From positions 1 to 15,152 of the forward strand of contig CAXBPH010000168.1 of assembly GCA_963977445.1 (NCBI GenBank): a stretch of 15,152 bases of DNA, read 5' to 3'. Below the pieces are notes generated by a model that made no database searches, was not told the DNA's origin, and was given only the letters and a program-made list of their open reading frames with translations. Shown piece by piece: positions 1 through 7,269 of this stretch. Both the position numbers and the translations under genes were made by a program. Source of the DNA: an uncultured bacterium (lineage in GTDB: Bacteria; Hydrogenedentota; Hydrogenedentia; Hydrogenedentales; JAEUWI01). Numbering within the stretch: the first letter of the stretch is position 1; each line of letters opens with the position of its first letter.

Positions 1-2
1 AA

Positions 3-638
3 GGCAACCGGCGCATTTGGATCGAGGGCAATGTTTTACTCGATGCGCCACTCGCCGGCACGCCAGCGGCTGGCACGGGTAAACTTCTGGTAAATGAGCA
101 CGCGCAGCCAGCCCCTGGTCCTGACGGTGGGGAAAAGGGTGCCCTGGCTTTCGACGGACAGGCGACAAAACTGGTCTATGAAATCGGGGCCTTTCCGGCC
201 CGGGACTTCAGTTTGAGTGTCTGGTTCGCAGCGGATAATCTCGGAAGTACGACATCGGACTGGCATCATATTTTTTCTGCCTGGAGTCAAAGTTCCGATG
301 ACCCGCTACGGGTTTCTGTGCAGAATGGTCAGCTCGTGGTAAACATCGAGCAGGCGGGCGGCGGCTATCATTGCGGCGGGCCTGCACTCGTCGAAGGGGC
401 GTGGACCCATCTCGCGGTAGTGAAAGAGAGCGGGCAGCTTCGACTCTACGTCAATGGCGTGCTGTCCCATGAAATTGCCGTGGGGGCCGATACCTTGACC
501 AGCGCTACGACCGTTGGGCTGGGCTGCAATCCCAACTACAGCAAGCTCGAAGGTTTTGAAGGACGTATTGCTGACGTGAAGTTTTACGCAGGCGCCCTGA
601 CCGACGCGGCGATTCAACGACTGGGGGAACTGCGCTGA
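3..638 (+). CDS. LamG-like jellyroll (concanavalin A-like lectin/glucanase superfamily) domain protein, 5'-truncated by the window edge
   Basis: The frame of ORF 213..638 is open back to position 3 (GNRRIWIEGNVLLDAPLAG...GALAFDGQATKLVYEIGAFPARDFSLSVWF...). It carries the LamG_3 pattern ALAFDG...FSLSVWF...WTHLAVV...LRLYVNG...FEGRIADVKFYAGALTDAAIQRL. Stop TGA at 636-638. Confidence 0.85.
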   Translation, partial: GNRRIWIEGNVLLDAPLAGTPAAGTGKLLVNEHAQPAPGPDGGEKGALAFDGQATKLVYEIGAFPARDFSLSVWFAADNLGSTTSDWHHIFSAWSQSSDDPLRVSVQNGQLVVNIEQAGGGYHCGGPALVEGAWTHLAVVKESGQLRLYVNGVLSHEIAVGADTLTSATTVGLGCNPNYSKLEGFEGRIADVKFYAGALTDAAIQRLGELR

Positions 639-673
639 TATTGTTTGTGGCGTGGAAGATCGGGGACTGCACC

Positions 674-702
674 GGCCGAGCAAATGCCGTTTGGCCTTTT
701 TT
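674..702 (+). terminator. Probable intrinsic terminator of the LamG gene
   Basis: GGCCGAGC (674-681) pairs with GTTTGGCC (689-696) using two G-U pairs, followed directly by TTTTTT (697-702), about 35 nt after the stop codon. Confidence 0.55.
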
Positions 703-748
703 CGCCTCGTGGTAAATGGGAACCGTATTGTATGAAATGGCGATTGTG

Positions 749-805
749 ATCGCCGGGGCCGTCCCCCTGAGTGGGCCCTGCCCTCGGGGGGACGGCCCCG
801 ACGGT
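749..805. repeat. Strong GC-rich palindrome (REP-like hairpin) in the spacer between convergent genes
   Basis: CGGGGCCGTCCCCC (754-767) is the exact reverse complement of GGGGGACGGCCCCG (787-800). The stem extends inward (TGAG/CTCG) and outward with one mismatch. No flanking U-tract. Confidence 0.8.
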
Positions 806-901
806 CTTCGTGTGCGTTGTGGTGTTGCCTGCATTAGCCAACCACGTGTATTCCTGCGCCGGGTGAGGGTTGTTGCGTCGGTGCAGTCCCGGTGCAGGCC
901 C

Positions 902-3136
902 CTAAAATATTGGTGGACGCTCGGGGCCTATGTAGGGAGCCGCGCCGGGTTGGTCGGTACGGGGTTCGACGGTGGTCAGGGTGGGGTCTTCTGTCGTTGG
1001 TGCTTCAATCATGCCGTAGTATCGGCCCATCCAATAGGCGTCGAGCCAGCCGGATGGATCGAGGACGGCGGTGCTGCTGTCGCTGTCGAGTTGTTGGAAG
1101 GAGCGGTTCCAACGTTGCCAGCCCACATCGCGGGGGGTAAGGGGTTTCCAGTTTTCGAGGTAGTTGATGTAGTCGGTCGGATTCTGCAGGTCGCTGCGAT
1201 GGGAATTTGTGTAAGCATACTTGAAGCAGTCCAATGGATAGGCGCGAAGGTGATCGGAGGCCTGTTCCGGTTCGCAGTCATTTCCGGTGAGGGCGCCGTA
1301 GATGAAATCGAACCAAGTCTGCTTTTCGATGCGCTTGATCTCCCAGCTTCGCTGGAGGCTGCGCATGAGGGGGGCCCGGACTTCCGGATCGGTCTCATAA
1401 CGAAGCACGGGGTAGTAGGCGAGGAAGGCGAGTCGATCATCGAAGCGGGTGTAGTGGGGGAAGGTGCGCTTTTGACGGAGGACGTTGTCCAGATAATTCC
1501 AGTCGAGAAGCTGTTGGCGGGCAGCGGCAAATTTGGGGCTGGGACAAATGCGGTTGGCGACGGCGGCAAAGCTGAGGGCCTGGAGGGCATTAAGTCCCCG
1601 CTCGTCTACATGCTCCGGGCTGAAAATGAACTCGGGACTCCATTGGGCCCAAACGGTGGGCTTGCCGTCGAGATCCATGAGTACCCAGCCATTGTCCACG
1701 ATGTGGCCGATGAGCCGTTCGAGATGTTCCGCAGCCGCTTTCTTTTCCGCACCTTCGGCGACCAGGTCATGAAAGAGGGAGACAGAATAGACGTGGGCCA
1801 CGACCTCGTCGCTGGAGGTGTCCCCTTTCCATTCCCAGAGGCCGTCGCCACTCCGGTTCCACTCGGCGGGTCGGCCTGCCGAACCGAGATCGGTGCGACG
1901 ACCTTTTTCGCCTACCGCGTGAATCGAGCGCGCCGGGTAGCCATCGATGGGCGTAATTTCCTCGCTCCATTTGATGGTCTTAAAGATATCGACCGCCTCT
2001 TCTCGGACGGCGGGGTCCTTCGTTACGGCATATTCAAAGCAGAGGGCATCAAGATAGTGACAGGTGTAGCCAATATCGTTGTCCCCGAAGAAGCGCTGGT
2101 AGGTACCATCTGCATTTCTGTTGAGCAGGGTTATCATGCCGAGGCGCAGCATGCCCCAGTCTTTCAGTTGTTGCTTATAGTGGGCGGCCTTTTTCTGCAG
2201 GGTAAAGGGAAGGTATCGAATAATACTAAGACCGCCGTCGGTGGCCAGGTAAACGACGTTGTCACCCGTTGCGATGGCGTTGACCTTGTCGTTGGGGAGC
2301 CAGCGCCCGGCACCAAAGAATTGGAAGGCCCCATCGACGAAGCGTGCCGCGCCACGGGTTGTGCCCACCCAGTAGTCGTGGTCAAAGCCGGGGGCGACGC
2401 AGGTGGTGTCTTCGTAAGGCAGGCCTTGGGGGCCCTGGACGTCGTGCCAGCTTGCACCGCGCAGGATGCCGAGGCCCCGGCTGGTGGCCACAACGACCTG
2501 ATTGCCCAGTGATTGCATGTCCCGTGTTTCACCACCGAGGGGGAGCTCATTCCAGTCTTCCACCTCATAGTATTCCAGACGATCGGCCTTCAAAAAGCCA
2601 AGCTGCTTTGCGTGACGGACATAAATCGTTTCGCTGTAGGATTGGACACCGAGGATTGGGTCCTTACTTTCCCTGGCCAACAGGGGAGTGAGCTGGCTTC
2701 CCTCCAGACGATAAATCTGTGTCGCCGTAACGGCGATTACCTTTTTACCATGTTCTGTGATGTCTACCACCGGGACATCGGATACGTGGGTCCAGGTGGT
2801 ACCATCGTAACTCCAGAGTCCATCGTCGGTGAGGGCCCAGAGTGTGGCCCCTATGACACGGAGTCGAATCGTAGCAACCGTCGGGCCTGCTGTGGGGAGG
2901 AGTGCGTCATTTCGTACTTCAGCGATGCCCTCGGTGGTGCCTACATACGCGATACCCCCATAGACCGCGACGCTGCTCAGGGATTGCTTTGTTTCCACGA
3001 GCGTGGCAGATTCCTGGAGATACACGTCGTCTTTTACAGGTCGCCAACCCGGATTCTCCGGTATGGGAATATCAGCGTGGACGATGGTGAGTCCAAAAAG
3101 AAGGCACAGGGTAAGACCCACGGTGATCGATTTCAT
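902..3136 (-). CDS. Secreted protein (~744 aa): signal peptide, N-terminal beta-propeller repeats (two-component-regulator-propeller-like), C-terminal helical domain of unknown, possibly hydrolase, function
   Basis: Long ORF. The ATG at 3136 is preceded by AGGAG and is preferred over the TTG at 3166. Sec signal MKSITVGLTLCLLFGLTIVHA-D. Blade motifs YVGTTEG, LWALTDDGLWSYDG, VVATSRGL, YWVGTTRG, YLATDGGLS. The C-terminal half contains WEWKGDTSSDE and ERGLNALQALS. Confidence 0.85.
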   Translation of the reverse strand: MKSITVGLTLCLLFGLTIVHADIPIPENPGWRPVKDDVYLQESATLVETKQSLSSVAVYGGIAYVGTTEGIAEVRNDALLPTAGPTVATIRLRVIGATLWALTDDGLWSYDGTTWTHVSDVPVVDITEHGKKVIAVTATQIYRLEGSQLTPLLARESKDPILGVQSYSETIYVRHAKQLGFLKADRLEYYEVEDWNELPLGGETRDMQSLGNQVVVATSRGLGILRGASWHDVQGPQGLPYEDTTCVAPGFDHDYWVGTTRGAARFVDGAFQFFGAGRWLPNDKVNAIATGDNVVYLATDGGLSIIRYLPFTLQKKAAHYKQQLKDWGMLRLGMITLLNRNADGTYQRFFGDNDIGYTCHYLDALCFEYAVTKDPAVREEAVDIFKTIKWSEEITPIDGYPARSIHAVGEKGRRTDLGSAGRPAEWNRSGDGLWEWKGDTSSDEVVAHVYSVSLFHDLVAEGAEKKAAAEHLERLIGHIVDNGWVLMDLDGKPTVWAQWSPEFIFSPEHVDERGLNALQALSFAAVANRICPSPKFAAARQQLLDWNYLDNVLRQKRTFPHYTRFDDRLAFLAYYPVLRYETDPEVRAPLMRSLQRSWEIKRIEKQTWFDFIYGALTGNDCEPEQASDHLRAYPLDCFKYAYTNSHRSDLQNPTDYINYLENWKPLTPRDVGWQRWNRSFQQLDSDSSTAVLDPSGWLDAYWMGRYYGMIEAPTTEDPTLTTVEPRTDQPGAAPYIGPERPPIF

Positions 3137-3436
3137 GGTGACGGTACTCCTAGCGGCATCGGGCAATCAGACCTTTTCCGAGTGACCGGGTAAGTTTCGG
3201 GCGGAAACGTCTGGTCTGGAGAAAAAGCAAAAGCGTGGGTAAATTGGGGCGGATTGGCGTGACCAATCAGGAGGGCGGACCGGGATGTCCGCCATACCCA
3301 TTTACGATTCTGCGACTGGTACAGTTGTATCAGAGGCTCTCTGGCAAGTGCAAGGTGAGTTCCGAGGGGCGGGTTGTGAGGCTATGATGGTATGGGTTTT
3401 GCGGAGAGAAAGGTAGACGGGGTACCTATGAATGTG

Positions 3437-3445
3437 TGCTATAAT
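3437..3445 (+). promoter_or_regulatory. Extended -10 promoter element for the signalling operon
   Basis: TGCTATAAT is a perfect TGnTATAAT, about 210 nt upstream of the kinase start in an AT-richer intergenic stretch. Confidence 0.5.
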
Positions 3446-3653
3446 GAAAAACTTGAATCACTGCCCCGCAATACGGGCATAGTCATCATGTAAATCCGGG
3501 AATGCAGGGCGTCTGGATTTCTATGTCTGTCATCGATTTATAGGAATTTAGCGCGCATTTCCAAGGCGGCAAATTCCATTTTTGGGCAGTACTGACATTT
3601 TCACGCTATCCTGCGGTCTGAAACAGTCCGGGGCAACGAATCGAGCGTAGCGG

Positions 3654-6600
3654 ATGAAGCGACTTAAGGCAATAGAGTCTGGCGGCGGATGGTTCCGTTT
3701 GGGATCGTTGGCTAGCTTCAGCGCCGTAGCTTTGCTCGGAGCTGTGGTGATGTTGGGGTGGGTGCTGGATGTCAAAGAGCTTGCGCAACCCATCCCGGGC
3801 GGTGCCATCATGCAATTCAACACCGCCCTGTGTTTGTTTCTGCTGGGACTCGGTGGCATGTTTCTCGTTGGTGGATACCGGCGGATTGCGCTGTGGACGA
3901 CCTTTCTTCCGTCACTTCTAGGCTTTGTCACGGTTCTTGAGTACCTATTTTCCAAGAATTTTGGAATTGACCAGCTCATCGTACAGGCCACGATTACCCA
4001 TCCGACAATCTTACCCGGCAGGATGGCGGCCAACACGGCCATTGGCTTTCTGCTTAGTGGTGTCGCCGCCGTACTTATCGCCCGATTTATACGAAATGCC
4101 CGGTGTTTGGTCGTGGCCCGCGTATTCTGTGTAACCGTTGTCGCCCTATCGCTGATTTCTCTGATTGGCCATCTCTTTTCCTTGTCGCCCATGCCCGGTT
4201 GGTATGGCCTCACCCACATGGCCCCCCACACGGCCATTGGCCTGGCCATCGTATCAAGCAGCTACCTGGCCTGCAGTGGCATCGTGATGGGTCAGAAGGC
4301 CTATACGTTTCGGCTACACGCACCATGGATGGCCTTGGCTTTTGGTTTAGTAATTTCATTCGGGGTGTGGCAATCGGTGATTGCAGACCGGGCAGAAAAG
4401 TGGGTCCTTTTTTCCAATTCTGAAGCCACGACTACCGCTCACCGAATAACCTACCAATGGGATAGCCGCGTTAAGGCAATGGAACGCCTTGAAGCACGAT
4501 GGCGTCGTGCTGGTGGATTGCCTGAGTCGGTGTGGCGATCGGATGCTGCGGAGTATGTCGCCGATATTGAGGGGCTCCTGGCGCTGGCCTATTGTGGACC
4601 CGACGGGGGAATAGTCTGGGTGGCGCAGTCTCCTTCTTTTGACGAAGGAAGCCTTGCGGCGGTTCGGAAAACGGACACGTGGAAACATGCTTTTGACGTT
4701 GTTGGGAGTAGCGCGGGGACCCAACTAACCCGATCCTTCGAGGAGAAATCGGGCATTCGTTATATGCTCACCGTAACGCCTACGGCGGAGGAGGGGGTCA
4801 ATAGCGGGGCCTTTGTCGGAGTCTTCGGACTTGACCAAACGATGATCTCTGCCATATCGAACACCGAGCGAGGCGAATTTCGATTTCGCCTTTGGGAGAA
4901 TGAAGCGGTCGCATTTGCATCGGTCCCGTCCTGGTCCCCCGAAGATGCGTTGCCCAGCGCGATAGTTGATGTGGGCATATCTACCTTGAACTGGCAGATA
5001 GAGGCCATGCCCTCCATGGCCTACTTTCAGAAGGTGCAGTCAGAATTGGGGGGTGCCATACTTTTTCTCGGGTTGATCATGACCACTGCCCTGGTTTGGA
5101 GCTTGCGGGAGCGGAGCACAGCACTGCGCTTGGCAGCGGAAAACTCGGCCACCAATGAGGCGCTTTCCCGGGAGATATTGGAGCGTGAAGAGGTGCAACA
5201 AGCGCTGGCCCGCCGAGAAGCTCACATTAATACCCTGCTCCAGTCTACGGCGGAAGCTATTTATGGGATTGACAAGGAAGGGCGGTGTACTTTCTGCAAC
5301 CGGTCGTGCATTCGGATGCTGGGGTTCGCGTCGGAAGAAGATATGCTGGGGAAAAATGTACACCAGCTCATTCACCATTCATTGGCGGATGGAACGGCCT
5401 ATCCAGAAGAGACGTGCCGGATCTATGAAGCCTACTTGACCGACTCTGGGGTTCACATAGACACCGAAGTATTCTGGCGTGCCGATGGTACCTCCTTTCC
5501 GGTGGAATACTGGTCTCACCCTGTACTTCGTGACGGTGTCGTTAACGGTGCCGTGGTAACCTTTCTGGATATCTCGGATCGTAAGGCTGCCCAAGCGGCC
5601 TTGCACGCGAGTGAAGAGCGCTTTGACCTGGCGGTTCGTGGAGCAAATGACGGGCTCTGGGATTGGGATATTGTCAGCGATGTGGCCTGGTATTCAGAGA
5701 GATTTAAAACGCTTCTTGGATACGACGAGGAATCGGAACTCTTCCGTGGTTACCGGGAACTTACCGATGGGGCTCACCCGGATGATTGTGAAGACCTGCG
5801 GGAAGCCTTGCGGAAGCATTTAGAAAATTATGTGCCCTATGACGTGGAATGTCGCCTGAAAACGAAGGACGGGGCGTATCGCTGGTATTCCCTTCGAGGC
5901 AATTGTGTCCGTGGGGCAGATGGTAGCGCCATACGGATGGCGGGGTCCCTACAGGATATAACCGAACGTCGTTCTTTAATGCAGGAGATGAATCGTTTAA
6001 ACCAGCATCTCCAGGAGCAAGGGCGGGATCTCGCACTTCGGAACCAGGAGGTCGAGGCCTTTGTGTATATCGTTTCCCACGATTTACGTGCACCGTTAGT
6101 GAATATCCAGGGGTTCTGTTACGAGCTTGAGTATTCATGCGAGGCCCTGGAAAAGCTACTGGCCGGATCCGACTTACCGGACGGTGCCCAGGCGCCCTTT
6201 CGGGAAATTGTCCTTCGGGAAGTGCCCGATTCCTTACGTTTTATTAAAGCAGGGACGGCTCGGTTTGAGCAGCTTATCAATGCGCTGTTGCGGCTCTCGC
6301 GGACGGGGCGCCAAACTTATACATACGACACGATTGACATGGCAGCAATAGTTGGGGAAGTCGTAGATTCCCTCGCCAAGAATATCGAACAGGTCGGCGC
6401 GTCGGTCGTTGTGAGCTCGCTGCCCGCAGCCGTAGCGGATCGCGTGGCCATTGGTCAGGTGTTCAGTAACTTGACGGTAAATGCCTTGAATTACCTTCGC
6501 CCGGACGTGGCGGGTCAAATCGAGATTGGTGGCGAATTGGATGGGGAGACGGGAAATCCCCACTTCTGGGTGCGAGACAATGGGTTGGGGATACCCGAAG

Positions 6601-6827
6601 CGGTCCGGGAGCGGGTTTTTCAGGTTTTTCAGCGGGCGCACCCCGAGCAATGTGACGGCGAGGGCATGGGTCTTGCCATTGTGAAACGAATTGTCGAACG
6701 GCATGGTGGAGATATTTGGGTGGACAGTGAAGTGGGGCATGGCAGCACCTTTCACTTTACCGTATCTCAAACGCACCTTGAACCGTCTTTAAACCTTTCA
6801 GAGGAGCCTGCAGGTTATGGAGCCTGA
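3654..6827 (+). CDS. Membrane-bound PAS-domain sensor histidine kinase (multi-TM N-terminus, extracytoplasmic CHASE-like region, two PAS/PAC, HisKA, HATPase_c)
   Basis: 1057-aa ORF with several hydrophobic segments. PAS motifs (LLQSTAEAIYGIDKEGRCTFCN; GANDGLWDWDI...YSERFKTLLGY...HPDD). H-box SHDLRAPL, N-box QVFSNLTVNALNY, G1 VRDNGLGI, F-box FQVFQR, G2 GEGMGLAIVKRIVERHGG. Confidence 0.95.
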   Translation: MKRLKAIESGGGWFRLGSLASFSAVALLGAVVMLGWVLDVKELAQPIPGGAIMQFNTALCLFLLGLGGMFLVGGYRRIALWTTFLPSLLGFVTVLEYLFSKNFGIDQLIVQATITHPTILPGRMAANTAIGFLLSGVAAVLIARFIRNARCLVVARVFCVTVVALSLISLIGHLFSLSPMPGWYGLTHMAPHTAIGLAIVSSSYLACSGIVMGQKAYTFRLHAPWMALAFGLVISFGVWQSVIADRAEKWVLFSNSEATTTAHRITYQWDSRVKAMERLEARWRRAGGLPESVWRSDAAEYVADIEGLLALAYCGPDGGIVWVAQSPSFDEGSLAAVRKTDTWKHAFDVVGSSAGTQLTRSFEEKSGIRYMLTVTPTAEEGVNSGAFVGVFGLDQTMISAISNTERGEFRFRLWENEAVAFASVPSWSPEDALPSAIVDVGISTLNWQIEAMPSMAYFQKVQSELGGAILFLGLIMTTALVWSLRERSTALRLAAENSATNEALSREILEREEVQQALARREAHINTLLQSTAEAIYGIDKEGRCTFCNRSCIRMLGFASEEDMLGKNVHQLIHHSLADGTAYPEETCRIYEAYLTDSGVHIDTEVFWRADGTSFPVEYWSHPVLRDGVVNGAVVTFLDISDRKAAQAALHASEERFDLAVRGANDGLWDWDIVSDVAWYSERFKTLLGYDEESELFRGYRELTDGAHPDDCEDLREALRKHLENYVPYDVECRLKTKDGAYRWYSLRGNCVRGADGSAIRMAGSLQDITERRSLMQEMNRLNQHLQEQGRDLALRNQEVEAFVYIVSHDLRAPLVNIQGFCYELEYSCEALEKLLAGSDLPDGAQAPFREIVLREVPDSLRFIKAGTARFEQLINALLRLSRTGRQTYTYDTIDMAAIVGEVVDSLAKNIEQVGASVVVSSLPAAVADRVAIGQVFSNLTVNALNYLRPDVAGQIEIGGELDGETGNPHFWVRDNGLGIPEAVRERVFQVFQRAHPEQCDGEGMGLAIVKRIVERHGGDIWVDSEVGHGSTFHFTVSQTHLEPSLNLSEEPAGYGA

Positions 6828-7269
6828 TATTTCCCAAGTGTGTGTATTGGTGGTAGACGACAACGAAGGTCATTCTGAGTTGGTGCGCCGCAATTTGCGC
6901 CGGGCGGGAATAACCAATGAAATAGTCGCCGCCGCTAGTGGCGAGGCCGCCCTCGATTTTGTTTACTGTCGGGGCGTGTATGCAGAACGAACGGCCTATG
7001 GTGGTCTGCTCATACTGCTCGACATCAATATGCCAGGTATCGACGGCGTCGAAGTGTTGCGTACGCTTAAGTTGGATCCTCAGAAGGCGCGTATACCGGT
7101 TGTGATGTTGACGACTACTGATGATCCCCGAGAAATAAAGCGTTGCTATGAACTGGGTTGCAGCGTGTATATTACGAAGCCAGTTTTGCCTGAGGCCTTC
7201 ATGGATGCCATTAAAAAACTGGGTCTATTTATCTCTATCGTGGAACTGCCGAGAGAGAAGGGAGAATGA
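6817..7269 (+). CDS. Single-domain response regulator (Rcp1/CheY-like receiver)
   Basis: VLVVDDN, LILLDINMPGIDG (phosphoacceptor Asp), IPVVMLTTTDDPREIKRCYELGCSVYITKP, all typical of Rcp1-type receivers. GAGGAG RBS upstream. Overlaps the kinase 3' end by 11 nt. Confidence 0.95.
   Translation: MEPDISQVCVLVVDDNEGHSELVRRNLRRAGITNEIVAAASGEAALDFVYCRGVYAERTAYGGLLILLDINMPGIDGVEVLRTLKLDPQKARIPVVMLTTTDDPREIKRCYELGCSVYITKPVLPEAFMDAIKKLGLFISIVELPREKGE

Noticed and set aside
716..3193. Long plus-strand ORFs 716..2512 (598 aa) and 2513..3193
   Set aside because: They are antisense shadows of the 902..3136 gene, which has an RBS, signal peptide and repeat motifs. The shadows have no recognisable motifs, and such ORFs are common in GC-rich DNA.
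3654..6827. Bacteriophytochrome call for the first kinase
   Set aside because: The transmitter and the Rcp1-like neighbour resemble phytochrome cassettes, but the N-terminus is membrane-integral and lacks a PAS-GAF-PHY module or a PASDIP motif.
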